Shown here: one piece after another, positions 12,871-25,775 of the stretch | Position numbering within the stretch: the stretch's first letter is position 1 | Layout: each line of letters starts with the position of its first letter | Source: Felis catus | Taxonomy: Eukaryota | Direction of reading: 5' to 3' | Length of the DNA: 64,000 nt | NCBI RefSeq assembly: GCF_018350175.1 | Contig: NC_058382.1 | Location: 11,532,001 to 11,596,000 of the forward strand | Notes under the pieces: model-generated | Seen by the model: the letters and a program-made list of their open reading frames with translations, nothing else | What the model was told of the DNA's origin: nothing | Database searches by the model: none | Program-made: the position numbers and the translations under genes

Positions 12871-13328
12871 GAGGGCACCTGGGTGGCTCAGTCGATTAAG
12901 CGTCCGACTTCGGCTCAGGTCGTGATCTCGCGGTTTGTGAGTTCGAGCCCCACGTTGGACTCTGTGCTGACAGCTCGGAGCCTGGAGCCTGCTTCGGATT
13001 CTGTGTCTCCCTCTCTCTCTCTGCCCCTCCGCTGCTCAGGGTCTACCTCTCTGTCTCTCAATAATAAACGGTCAAAAACCATTAAAAAAAAAAAAAACCC
13101 TCAAAATTTGTATCAAGAGAGCTTTATTTTTTTTAATGTTTATTTTTGAGAGACAGAGAGAGCACGAGCAGGGGAGGGGCAGCGAGAGAGGGAGACACAG
13201 AATCCCAAGCAAGCTCCAGGCTCTGAGCTGTCAGCCCAGAGATCGCAGAGCTCGAACCCATAAACCGTGAGATCACGACCTGAGCCGAAGCCATCGACGC
13301 TTAACCAACTGAGCCACCCAGGGGCCCC
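12871..13328. mobile_element. Two Can-SINEs in inverted tail-to-tail orientation (12871-13092 +, 13126-13328 -)
   Basis: SINE heads and tails; each has its own TSD (aaaaaccctcaaaattt; aagaga[g/a]cttt). Confidence 0.9.
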
Positions 13329-13568
13329 AAGAGAACTTTCAAAGTACCATGCTGGCAGCATGTGACTCTTGACCTTGGGGTCACGAGTTTGAGCCTCACG
13401 TGGGGGACAGAGTTTACTTTGAGGCAAAAGTACCGTATATTCAGTAAAACAAATACGCTGGCGTCCTGTTTTCAGTTCACAAAACTGAATAAACGCAGTA
13501 TTGCACAGCCTTAGAATCAGCATTGACTTCGCAGTATTTCCAGGACATACTATTAAACGAGAAAGGCG

Positions 13569-14682
13569 AGGGGAGCCTGGGTGGCTCGGTCGGTTAAGCA
13601 TCTGACTCTCGATCTCAGCTCAGGTCATGATCTCACGGTTCATGGGTTTGAGCCCCAAGTTGGGATCAGTGCTGACAGCACAGAGCCTACTTGGATTCTC
13701 TCTCCCTCTCTCTCTGCCCCTCCACCGCTCACGCAAGTGTGTGCTTTCCCAAATAAATAAACATTAAAAAATTTTTTTTGTTTAGAGCGAGGCAAGTATG
13801 GAAAGGAAGGAAGAGAAGGAAAGTATGTAGAACAGGACTCCAATTTTGTATAATAAACATGTTAAAAAACAACAAATCTGAGGGGGAGGAAGGAATGGGA
13901 GTTAGTGTTTAATGGGTACAGTGTTTCAGTTGGGGAAGATGAAAAAGTTCTAAAGGGGCACCTGCCTGGCTTGGTCAGAAAACCATGGAACTCTTCATCT
14001 TAGGATCGTGAGTTCTAGCCCCACATTGGGTGTAGAGATTACTTAAAAAACAAACAAACAAACGACACACAAAAAAACCCAAAACCACACAGAGAGAGAC
14101 AGAGAGGTATGAAATGATACGCATCAGACTTTCAAACGGATTTCCTGGTTTGGGAGAGTAGGGGGAAGGTATACAAAAACAATAGTCCACAAGACACAAT
14201 ACTGCCTTAAAAATCCTAAATAAAAAAAAACCAGGGGCACTTGGCTGGCTCAGTCAGTGGAGTATGCGACTCCTGATCTCGGGGGTTGCGAGTTCAAGCC
14301 CCACGTTGGGAGAAGAACCTACTTAAAAAAAACAAAACAAACAAACAAAAAACCCCCAGCATTTATACGAATCGACATGTAAAAGGATCACCACCAACAG
14401 AGTAACGATGACTGATGGTTATCCTTAGGGGATTTTTACTTTCTTCTTAAGGCTTTTTGTTTTGAATTTTTTTTTAATTTTTTTTGAATGTTTATTTATT
14501 TTTGAGAGAGAGACAGCATGAGCAGGGGAGGGACAGAGAGAGAGAGAGACACAGAATCCAAAGCAGGCTCCAGGCTCTGCCCTGTCAGCACAGAGGCCAA
14601 AGCAGGGCTCAAACCCATGAACCGTGAGATCATGACCTGAGCTGAAGTCAAACGCTTAACCGACTGAGCCACCCAGGCGCTC
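13569..14682. mobile_element. Cluster of Can-SINEs (13569-13790 +, ~13957-14050 +, ~14234-14330 +, 14470-14682 -) with an old L1 fragment
   Basis: SINE head, (CT)n and tail motifs. Confidence 0.8.
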
Positions 14683-14729
14683 CTCTTTTTTTGTCTTTTA
14701 ATGAACAAAAGAAAAGCCCCAAAGAAAAT

Positions 14730-15185
14730 TGTAGCAGATTGCTAGATGTTTCCCAATATCTGTCTTCCCCTTTTGTCTCAAAAAGAGAACTCCTAAATAA
14801 AGACTACAATTCCAGCCTCGCTAACAGCTAGAAATGGAGAGAAGGTGAAGTCCTGGCCAATAAAATGTAAACACCGTGTATGGTGCTGGGCTTTGGAGGA
14901 GTGTCCTTAAAGAGAAAGAATAGGCCTCCTTGATTTCTGCTTCCCTCCTAGAATGTGGATATGATGGCTGGATCTTCAGCAGCCATCTTGGGCCATGCAG
15001 ACAAGGGGCAAAACCTATTGACGGTAGAAAAAAGGCAGGAAGGAATCTGGGTTGCAGAAGATGACAGAATCCTGGTTTTTCTATGTCTGGAATAGCACAT
15101 GAGAGAGAAATAAACAACTTCTAAAAAAACTTGTGTTAATTCAGGTCTCTCAGACACCTGCCGCTGTGTAATTATTAAATGAGAC
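14730..15185 (+). mobile_element. Old MaLR (MLT1-type) solo LTR
   Basis: gatggctggatcttcagcagccatcttgggccatg and gagagaaataaac motifs typical of older MLT1 LTRs; subfamily uncertain. Confidence 0.6.
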
Positions 15186-16130
15186 AGGAACTTATTAATT
15201 ACAGGTATGAAAAGCAATATAGCAGAGGTTAAGGGCTCAGCCTCTAGTTTGCAATACCCGGACCTGAAGCCCAGCTCTGCCTCTTACCAACTGTGTGACC
15301 TCAGGCAAGACTTAACCTCTCCAGGCCTCTGTCTCCTCAACAGTTAAAATGGGGATAATAACACTATACCTTGTAGGGTTGTTTATAAGCATTAAATGCA
15401 TGAATATAGCTCTGTACCCATATCCGTCTATAAGTATGTATGCATACACACCCATGATATATATACGTCACCTAGAATGAAGCCTGATACACAGCCAGTA
15501 AGTACTTTAAAAGTGTTAGATGTTATTAGTTTCATCATAGGAAAAAGGCAGACAAAACTCTTTGGAGTGGAAAACTACTACCAGGGAATCTTAGCGTGGG
15601 TGGGCCCCAAACCACACGGAAGGGCATGACTGGGCAGAGAGGCTTGTCTTTGCCTGTAGCCGCTATGGAGCCCTGGGGTCTGGGGTCTCAGGGGCGATGG
15701 CCCAGCTGAGCCATCTGTTGCCTCCGCAAGAGGTCCCTGACGCACACGGCTGAGGAAGGTCTGGAGCTGGCGATCTCTGGGGAACGCTCCGCCTCCAAGA
15801 GAGGATCCCATTCTGGTTAATTACGCCGAGGGAGCGTGTGGGAGCAGGGATGCCCACCAGCAGCTCTGCCCCGGCTTAGTGTGGCCTCAGGAGTCCCACC
15901 CCTCCTCCGGGCTCCTGGAGGAAGCCCCACGTGTAAAAGGAGGTAGGCTGGACCAGACGTCTTTGGCGAACTCCAGATCCCTCGTCTCCTGAACAGCACC
16001 TGTGTGTACCTGTACACCCACCGTTTTGTGGGTCCTCCCAGACGGCTCGGGGACACACCCCTCCATCCACACATCCCAGGCCAGGAAGTCCTACCCTACA
16101 GCAACAGGCCTGGAGGGGACTGGCGCTCAC

Positions 16131-16145
16131 CTGATGCTTTTCAGC
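16131..16145 (-). CDS. CLPTM1: Candidate 15-nt cassette microexon in CLPTM1 intron 2 (would insert LKSIR)
   Basis: Minus strand TTTAC branch-point match (A at 16175), AG-free pyrimidine tract, TAG|GCTGAAAAGCATCAG|GTGAGC. In frame and stop-free in the phase-2 intron. No transcript evidence available. Confidence 0.5.
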
Positions 16146-16460
16146 CTACCGGAGTAAGCGAATGAAAGAGACAGTAAATCTTCTCTCCCACCCCACGTCA
16201 CTATCCTGCATTCACGGGTTCAGAAGAGTGTGAAATACATGAAAAGTCAAATAATGAAAACTCTCCACCCCATCCATCTATCCACACAGTGCCCATCCCA
16301 TCCCCCACTCCAGTAACCACTGGCATCATGTGGGGACGAGCCGGACACTGGACTCCACTCTCCCTAAAAAAGTCCATTCTTATGCCATCTGCTCGAAGCT
16401 TTGAAGAATTCACGGGCCCCTGAAAACAAACCCCGGACCCCCCCTTAAGAATTCCAGTTG

Positions 16461-16700
16461 AGGGGCACCTGGGTGGCCCAGCTGGTCAAGCGACTGACTT
16501 CGGCTCAGGTCATGATCTCACCGTTCGTGAGTTCAAGGCCCACACTGGGCCCCGTGCTGACAGCTCGGAGCCTGGGACCTGCTTGGGATTCTGTGTCTCC
16601 CTCTCTCTCTCTCTGCCCCTCTCCTGCTTGCTCTCTGTTGCTCTCTCTCTCGCTCTCTCTCTCAAAAATAAATAAACATTAAAAAAAAAAAAAAAAAAAA
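16461..16700 (+). mobile_element. Can-SINE with long A-tail
   Basis: TSD aagaattccag at 16447-16457 and 16701-16711. Confidence 0.9.
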
Positions 16701-17242
16701 AAGAATTCCAGGCGACATGGTCTCCAGGCACCCACCCCGGCTAACGTTTGGTGCTGCCTGGTTCTAAGGAAGGAAATGAGCCTAAGGTACGGCCATATTA
16801 AAAAATGTCTATCTGAAGGGGAAGCGGCCGTATGCACCGATGTGGGAAGATTCTAAGATATGTTGTTAATGAAAAAAATCAAGGTGCCGAACTGGGGAAA
16901 ATAGGCTACTCTTATGTAAAAGTGAAGGGAAAGATAAAAATAATCTTTATTCACAGCTGCTTGGAGCACGCAATAAGGAAGATGGTACGGAAGAAAATTC
17001 TAGGTCCTAACTGGACCCGGTGGGGAAGAGTGGAACGGAGAAGCAATGGAGGGAACAGAGGCCGCAGTGGAAGAGGCTTGGGTGCGTGTCAGGGATGGCG
17101 CCCAAGCGTCTGGGCGGAACAGTGGAGAATTTCCTTCCTGCAGAGCCTCTCCGCATCCTGGGTGACATCCTCGGAAGACACCAGGCAGGCAGGCCTGTCC
17201 CACACCCAAGTGTGACTGGCGACCGTCTGGGATTGTGGGCTG

Positions 17243-17276
<34 letters not shown>

Positions 17277-17969
17277 CTGCTTCTCTTTATATTATCTCAG
17301 TTTTTTAACCCTCAGAAACAAAAGCAACCCTGGCCGATTCTGAGCGGGTGCCAGCTCCCGCTGTCTCCAGGTGACACAGACCTCCTGGCACCCTGTCATG
17401 ACCCGCGAACTGTCAGGATTCCCTGCTCTGAGACGGACACTCAGGCACGAGAGGGTATTTCGGCCAGCGAAGGCACACGGCAGGGAGGCGGGGGGGGGGG
17501 CCGAGGTGTTGGAGGGGACCTGCCCCCCTCCACGTTTCAGCAGCCGAGCCTCTGGTTTGGACAAGCAGGCCGTTCCCCATGTTTCTCTATTCTGAACAAC
17601 TGTCTATGAGCATCTTCACACAGCGTCACCTCAGGCAAACCGCGGGTGTGCGTTTATAGGACGGCCGCCAATCCCAACACACTTCTGTGTGACTTTCCTC
17701 TCTCTATGCATCTGTACCGTTCGAATTTGCTTTCTACAGGAAGCGTGTATTACTAATGAGTTTCGAGGGGAAAACGAGGACGACGGCATGGAGGAGACAA
17801 GCCGCTGACCCACCCCAACCACCTTCGCCCCCCAGGAGCAGAACCCCAGCTTTCCGCGGGGCGCTCGGTTTCCCAGAAGAAAGATCACATTTCCCAGGCT
17901 CCCTTGCGGCAGGCCGCAGCCCCATCAGGACGTACTGGCCAAGGGGAGGACTGTTTTAAACAACTCTGC

Positions 17970-18217
17970 TAGCAAGGATGTGGCGAAAGGAACCCTCGCG
18001 CGCTGCTGGTGAGAATGCAAACTGGTGCAGCCACTGTGGAAAACAGTATGAACTGCCCGACGAGCCAGGAACTGCACTAGTGAGTATATACCCCCAAAAT
18101 ACAAATACGTTAATTCAAGGGGATACATGCACCCCGATGTCATAGCAGCATTGTTTATACTAGCCAAATTAGGGAAGCAGCCCACGCGTCCATTAACGGG
18201 TAAGTGGATAAAGATGA

Positions 18218-18252
<35 letters not shown>

Positions 18253-19053
18253 AAACAGATTTGTATCCAGACAAAAAAGAACGAAATCTTGCCGTTTGCA
18301 GTGACATGGAGCTATAGGTTATAATACTAAGCAAAGTAAGTCAGAGAAGGGCAAATACCATAAGACTTCACTCACATGTGGAATTTAAGAAACAAAACAA
18401 GGGGCGCCTGGGTGGCTCAGTCAGTTAAGTGGCCGACTTCGGCTCAGGTCATGATCTCGCTGTTCGTGAGTTCGAGCCCCGCGTCGGGCTCTGTGCTGAC
18501 AGCTCAGACCCCGGAGCCTGTTTCCGATTCTGTGTCTCCCTCTCTCTCTGACCCTCCCCCGTTGATGCTCTGTCTCTCTGTCTCAAAAATAAATAAATGA
18601 TGAAAAAAAAAAAAAAAGAAACAAAATAAACGAGTAAGAAGGAGAAAAAAAAAAGAGACAGAGAGAGAAACCAAGAAAGAGAGTCTTAACTCTAGAGAAC
18701 AAACTGATGGGGAAGTGGGTGGGGGAACGGGGAAACAGGTGATGAGGACTAAGGAGTGCATCTGATGCGATGAGCTGTGGGTGATGTATTAAGCCTGGAA
18801 TCACTGTATCGTACACCTAAAGACAATATTACGTTGTATGTTACCTATACCCAAATTTAAATAAAACCTTAATAACAGGGGCACCTCGGTGGCTCAGTCG
18901 GTTGAGCATCCAACTTCGGCTCAGGTCATGATCTCGCGGTTCACGAGTTTGAGCCCCACGTGGGGCTCTGTGCCGACAGCTCAGAGCCTGGAGCCTGCTT
19001 TGGATTCTGTGCCTCCCTCTATCTTTGCCCCTCCCCCATGCTTGCTTGCTCTC

Positions 19054-19104
<51 letters not shown>

Positions 19105-19365
19105 AATAAATAAACATTAGGGGCGCCTGGGTGGCTCAGTTGGTTGAGCATCTGACTTTGGCTTGGGTCATGATCTCACGGTTCGTGAGTTCGAGCCCCA
19201 CATCAGGCTCTGTGCTGACAGCTCAGAGCCTGGAGCCTGCTTCAAATTCTGTCTCTCTGTCTCTCTCTCTCTGCCCCTCCCCTACTCACACTCTGTCTCT
19301 CTCTCTCTCTCTCAAAAATAAATAGAAACATTAAAAACATTTTTTTTTAAACCTAATAAATTAAA
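17970..19365 (+). mobile_element. LINE-1 3' fragment carrying three Can-SINE insertions (~18401-18615, ~18878-19115, ~19120-19345) and a (CA)n tract
   Basis: L1 ORF2/3' UTR motifs; outer TSD taaacaactctgc at 17957-17969 and 19366-19378. Confidence 0.88.
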
Positions 19366-19947
19366 TAAACAACTCTGCCACGGAATTTCTTATAGTTGAT
19401 AAGGAGAGAAAGTGCCTGCCTAAATGCATGGCCTGTCTCTTGAACATTTTGCTGAAATACCTCTCTGGAAAGAAAAAGAAATGTCTGTTTTGCAAATGGG
19501 CAAAAAGGGCCCAGATCAGAGACGGCAGACTGTCACCAGGTCTAGGTGGCCAGTCATAGAACTCAGCCTCAGATAGATCTCCCTGACCCCACTCAGCTTC
19601 TCCCCAGGGCCTTGGTCACAGGCCAGGTTTCCAGAAGGCAAGCCCTGTGCTCCCACTACCCAGGAATTGGCCACATGAAGGCACACATAAAAAGACCACC
19701 ACCAGCCAGGCACAAAAGGACAGCCTGTATGACTCCACTTAAACGTGGTAAGTGTAAGAGTCAAGTTCAGAGAGATGGAACGTATACAATGATGGGTGCC
19801 AGGGGTTGTTACAGCGGGGGTTTGTGCTTACTGGGGTTGTTAGCGCTTGATGGATACAGAGTTTCTCTCTGGGGAGATGAAGTTCTGGACATGCATGGGA
19901 GTGACTGTTACAATTGTGCACTGGCATATTTTATGTAGTAATGTACA

Positions 19948-20333
19948 TGTTGTGGCTAAACTACGCCCCCCCCCCCCTAAAATTCATAAGTTGAAGTTCT
20001 AACCCCGAGTACGGTCACCCCCAGTGAGTGTACTGGGAGATCCAGCCTTTAAAGAGGTGGCTGAAGCTAAGTGATGCCACTGGGTGGACCCCAATCCGAT
20101 ATGACCAGTGTCCTTATAAGAAGAGATTAGGACACAGACACACACAGTGCAAAGACCATGTAGGCACACGGAACATGGCCATCTACAAGCCAGGGAAAGA
20201 CCTTGGAAGAAACCTCTATCATGGTGACACCTTGCTCTCAGACCTGTAGCCTCCAGAACTGTGAGAAAATACATTTCTGTTGTTTACAGCCCCAGTCTGA
20301 GCTATCTGTTACAGCAGCCCTAGCAACTTAACA
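19948..20333 (+). mobile_element. MLT1B-like MaLR solo LTR
   Basis: TG...CA termini; gtgtccttataagaagagattaggacacagacacacac and gcagccctagcaac motifs of MLT1A/B as recalled. Confidence 0.8.
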
Positions 20334-20344
20334 TAGTATATTTA

Positions 20345-21078
20345 GGGGCGCCTGGCTGGCTCAGTTGGTGGAGCGTGCAACTCGATCTCAGAGTTGTGAG
20401 TTCGAGCCCTGCGCTGGGTCTAGAGATTATTTAAAAATAAAATCTTGGGGCACCTGGGTGGCTCAGTCGGTTAAGAGTCCGACTTCGGCTCAGGTCATGA
20501 TCTCGTAGTTTGTGGGTTCGAGCCCCGTGTCGGGCTCTGTGCTGACCGCTTGGAGCCTGGAGCCTGCTTCGGATTCTGTGTCTCCTTCCCTCTCTGCTCC
20601 TCCCCCACTTGTGCTCTATCAAAAATAAATAAACGTTTAAAAAAAAAATCTTTACAAATAAAATCTTAGGGGCGCCTGGGTGGCTCAGTCGATTAGGCGT
20701 CTGACTTTGGCTCAGGTCATGATCTCACAGCTCGTGAGTGCGAGCCCCGCGTCGCGCTCTGTGCTAACAGCTCACAGCCTAGAGCCCGTTTCGGATTCTG
20801 TGTCTCCCTCTCTCTCTGCCCATAACCTACTCGCATTCTGTCTCTGTCTCTCTCAAAAATATATAAAACATTTAAAAGAATAATTAAAAAAAAAAATCTT
20901 AAAAGGGGCGTGGGGTGGCTCAGTTGGTTGAGTGGCCAACTCTTGATTTCGGCTCAGGTCATGATCTCATGGATCGTGGGTTTGAGCCCTGCATCGGGCT
21001 CTACGCTGACAGCACGGACCCTGCTTGGCATTCTCTGTCCCCCTCTCTCTCTGCCCCTCCCCTGCGCGCGCTCTCTCG

Positions 21079-21109
<31 letters not shown>

Positions 21110-21260
21110 CCCCAAAAATAAATAAACATTTAAAGCAAATAAAATAAAATCTCAAAAAAGACATATTGGGGTGCCTAGTGGGCTCAGTCAGTAGAACATG
21201 TGGCTCTTGATCTCGGGGTTGTAAGTTCGAGCCCCACATGGGGTGTGGAGACTACTTATA
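20345..21260. mobile_element. Array of five consecutive Can-SINEs (four +, one short -)
   Basis: Repeated SINE heads separated by aaaatctt-type junctions. Confidence 0.88.
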
Positions 21261-21395
21261 ACAACAACAACAGCATATTTTACCACAGTAAAAGAAAACC
21301 CTAGTCACCACCAATGGTTATGCCCGGTGGCTTTTTCCTTTCTTATGTTTTATGTGAACTTTTTCCGATGACCAGAAGCAGCCCCACCTGCTCAC

Positions 21396-21508
21396 CTGAA
21401 CAGCACCCCTTTGATGACTTGCCAGGCGTTGGGCGCTGGCTGGGGTGCTGGGTTCCGGGGCTGGGTCTCTGCCCGCGGGTCCCTCCCGATGCTGCCGTTG
21501 CTGGCCAC
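21396..21508 (-). CDS. CLPTM1: CLPTM1 coding exon 2 (VASNGSIGRDPRAETQPRNPAPQPAPNAWQVIKGVLFR)
   Basis: CAG/GTGAGC boundaries; 113 bp. Confidence 0.97.
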
Positions 21509-21627
21509 CTGCAGGAAACGGAGACCAGGTGAGGAGGGAGGGTGTCGCCTGAGGCACCACTGCGCGCCAAGGCCCGGCACAGGGCTGAGCACAGAGTGGT
21601 GCCTGATCAAGAACTGGAGAACATTTC

Positions 21628-21842
21628 GGGGCCCCCGGGTGGCTCAGTCGGTTGAGCGTCCGACTTCGGCTCGGGCCATGATCTCACGGTTTGTGAGTTT
21701 GAGCCCCCGCATCTGGCTCTGTGTTGACAGCTCGGAGCCTGGAGCCTGCTTCGGATTCCGCATCTCCCTCTTTCTCTCTCTTCCTTTTCTCGCTCTCTGT
21801 CTCTATCTCTCTCAAAAATAAACATTAAAAAAAATAAATTTA
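21628..21842 (+). mobile_element. Can-SINE about 120 bp upstream of the CLPTM1 exon 2 acceptor (antisense to the gene)
   Basis: TSD aagaactggagaac at 21609-21622 and 21843-21856. Confidence 0.9.
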
Positions 21843-23903
21843 AAGAACTGGAGAACGGATGAATACAGTCACCCAGGAAGGGTGGTATATCTTGCTCCTT
21901 CAAGACAAAAACGCTTCCCCAAAACCTACTCCGTGCTGGTGACACCGAGGTGACGGAGACGGCCCTGTACCGCCCTCCTGGGGATCACAGTCCAGTGGGG
22001 GGAGCTAAAGAGTCCCCAGATAGGGATGATCCAGAGTAGACAGGGCTGGGATGTAGGATGCTAGAGGGGGCATCTGGTCCAGCCTAGAGGTCAGGGAGGG
22101 CTTCCTGGAAGAAGGGGCACTGGAGCTGAGACTTAAAACATAACAAAGGGATAATGCAGAGGAGACAGTGAGGGAAGCAGCCGGTACAGAAATGAAGGGG
22201 AGAGATACTATCTGACTCTGAGGACTGTCCACTGCTCCCTGAAGCCAGAGCCCAGGATGCAAGGGACAATGCAGGCTAGGGGGACAATGCAGCATGGTGA
22301 CAAGTGCCAGATCCCATAAGGCTTGGGTTTATCTAAAAGGGTCTACCCTGGGCAAACAGTTCCGAAGGCCTCCTCGGTGGCCGGCCCTGTGCGGGGCCTT
22401 GTCCCTCCAGGGGCTCCTTATCCAGCAGGAGACAGACACAGAGCAACACGGCCAGAGTGTGAGCCACGCCACTGTGAGCCACAGGCACACACTACCCCGT
22501 GAGGCCACGACTAGGAATGTTTCCATTCAGCAGCCGGGCAGATGGAGGCTCGGGCAGGCGAATCCACTTGTCTGGGTGGCTCAGGAAGGCAAAGGGCAGC
22601 AGGGTGGCAAGGGGGTGTCAGGCAGGGCTTCCGAGAGCAACCTTCCCTCAGAAACAGAAGCTCAGAAGCAGGGAATGTCATGTCAGGAAGGGCCCGAGGC
22701 GGGGATGTCTTCCCACCCCTCTCCTTGCACCTGCTGGCTCCCGGATCCTGTCCTCTTCCTCCTCCCAGCTCTGTCCCCTCACCGCTCAGCCTTCAAGAGG
22801 CAGGACCAGGACTGTCATGGTCACCGTGAGGCAGGAGCACTGCCCAGCACAGAGCAGGGGCTCAACAAACACCTGTGGAATCAACATGTGTTCCCTGAAG
22901 GGCTTGCCCGCATCACCCAGGCCTCCCCCCACCACGGCCCCGAGCCCACCCCTCTCTGTCATTCATCACCCCCTGTCCCCTTCGGCAGGAGTTCCTCCCT
23001 GTATCTACCAACATGCAGGACAGTGCCGTGGTAACAGGTAGGGGCTCTAGGGCCCCACAGTTCCTGATTGTGAGATCTCGGGCACGTCACTTCCCCTCTC
23101 TGACCCAAAGGCCAGGTTGGGAAAATACTGGTATGTTTTAGACAGAAAAGATTTCCTTCATGTGTGAAAAATGGACTTCCTGAGCATCTACTGTGCATCA
23201 GGCTCAGTACTAGGCAGTGGCCACGCAGCTCTGGGCCCCGCCCTCACGGAGCTCAGGGTCTAGAACAAAACACACCCACGGAACGGCCAACGGGACCGTT
23301 CAAGCTGGTAAGCAGGAAACAAAAGTGCTCTGGAGGAAACAAGCAGGGACACATGATGCCTACTGGGGTGGGGAAGGGGACCCACTCTGGATTAGGTGGT
23401 GAGGAGCTGTTGTTGACATTTGGGTGAAGGGCATGCTGGGAGGACAGGTTCACGGAAGGGGTTGGCTGGGGGCAGGCAAGGTCAGAGACAGGCACGGGGT
23501 CCCCTTATTCAGGCTTGGCCTTGCTTCCGGGAGCGCAGGGGGCCAAGTAAGTGCTTCCAACAGCTGTGTGCTGATTCTCAGGGTCAAGAAACAGAAGGGC
23601 CAGGATTTGAACCCATGTCTGGCCGACTCCCAGGTCTGTTCTCTTACCCGCACGGGTGGACAAGCTGGCTGGAAACCCTCCCACAGAAAGGCAGAGAAGT
23701 GCAGTGAGATGCCACTTCACTATGCTGGCCACAGTCAACAGGACGGACAATCACAAGTGTTGACGAGGGTGTGGAGGAAACAGGGCCGGTGGGGAGATGG
23801 GGTTGCGGCTTTGAAAGATGCAGCAGAGCATTACTAAGTGAAATGTGCACCTGCCATACACACCAGCAGCCCCACTCCTCGGTCTCTACCCAAGAGAAAG
23901 GAG

Positions 23904-23904
<1 letters not shown>

Positions 23905-23947
<43 letters not shown>
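23905..23947. repeat. (CA)n microsatellite of about 21 units
   Basis: Seen directly. Confidence 0.95.
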
Positions 23948-23948
<1 letters not shown>

Positions 23949-24299
23949 GAAAGCTTATGTGCAAATGTTCACAGGGGCGTTATTTGTAATAGCCAAAAAC
24001 AACCCAAAGGCCCCTCCACCTTGATGAGTGAACCTGGTGTATCCATACACACAATGGAATGCTACTCAGCAATCAGAAGGAGCCCAACTGGGGGCAGAGA
24101 GTGGCTGCAAGAGGAAACCGGAATGTTCTGACTGGATGCAGACAGGATGGTGGCGATGGTGGTGCCGCACGATTGCAAAACTGGACTAAAAGCCACTGGA
24201 CTCCACACTAACAACAGGTGAATGCTGTTGTATCTGTCGTAGCTCAAGAGAAAGGCAACTTCCCCGTGGCCCCCACTTCCCTGGGAGTAAAGGCGAAGT

Positions 24300-25060
24300 C
24301 TTCATGTTGATCCCTAAGCCCTGGCCTGATCTGGCCCCTTCCATGCCTCTCTACTCTCATTCATTGGGTCCAGCCACAAGGCCTCCTCGCTGTTCCTTAG
24401 TAGGACCAGGCACCTCCCACCTCAGGGCCTTTGCACTGGCAGTTCCCTTTACCCGAGAGGCTTCCTGCTGACCCTGTATCCGCATGCCTCCCTCCCTCGT
24501 CTTCTTCAAGTCTTTGTTCAAATGTCACCTCCTCAGAGAGGCCTTCCCAGACTACCTTGTTTAAATTGCAACCCTCAGGGGCGCCTGGGTGGCTCAGTCG
24601 GTTGAGCGTCCGACTTCGGCTCAGGTCACGATCCCGCGGTCTGTGAGTTCGAGCCCCGCGTCGGGCTCTGTGCTGACAGCTCAGAGCCTGGAGCCCGTTT
24701 CAGATTCTGTGTCTGCCTCTCTCTCTGCCCCTCCCCTGTTCATGCTCTGTCTCTGTCCGTCTCAAAAATAAATAAATGTAAAAAAAAAAATTTATTAAAA
24801 TAAATAAATGAATGAATGAATGAATTGCAAGCCTCTTACCCACCCCTCACTTCCTATCTCCTTCTCCAGCTTTACTCTGTCCATGGGACTTATCGCCATC
24901 TGACCTGCCATATTCATTGTCCATTCTTTCACCCCCACCCCCCGACCCTTAGACAGAACATGAGCTCCAAAAGGGCAGGGACTCTGTTCTGTTCACAGCT
25001 GTATCCCCAGCATGAGCCTGGAGCCTGGCAGGTAGTGGGGACTCAGGACACATGAGCTGA
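24300..25060 (+). mobile_element. L2 remnant interrupted by a Can-SINE (24577-24812)
   Basis: ctcagggcctttgcac...ggccttcc L2 3' motifs; SINE head and tail. Confidence 0.65.
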
Positions 25061-25775
25061 AGGAATGAAGGGCAGGGCTCTGGGCCGTGTTTGGGCCTCT
25101 GGCTGGAGGAGCGGGCTGGCAGGAGCGTGACTCGGCCAAGGGTCCGCCCCCTCAGTGCTAGGCCCCACAGGCTGGGGAGGGTGTGATGGCCCTGCACACA
25201 GCAGTGACTAAGACACAGTTCCTCCTCTGGGACCCACACATCCAATCTCACACAATCCCCAGAAACACTGGCTTAGGGGCCCAGAAGCAGCTGAGACCAT
25301 CAGCCTGGGCTGGAGTATGAAGACCGGCTTTCAAGCACATCTTCACCGACTGCCTTGGTCCACCGTGGGAACTCTATCTCGGCCCAGCCTCTGACTCAAG
25401 ACCTGTTCATTCCACAAACACTGAGCACCTGCTCCGTGCCGGGTCCCAAGCTGGGCGGTGCAGGGGACACAGTGTTGACCCAAACAGTCCTGGTTCTGCC
25501 CTCCAAGGCCTCCCAGTCCCGGGGAAGAGACAGGCAGACAGTACAACCCAGAGTGGGCAGGGCTGGGACAGGTGAGCCCAGGGGGCTGTGGGAGCCCTGA
25601 CCCAGTCTGAGAGAGTCAGAGAGGGCTTCCTAGGGGAGGGAACATCTGTGATGTACAGAACTAGTATGGATCAATGTGGTAAAGAGGGGAGAAGTATGTG
25701 AGAAGGCCACGAGGAAAGAACAAGGCACACTCCTGGGAATAAAAGACCTTTACAGTGGCTGATGCTCCATTCACT

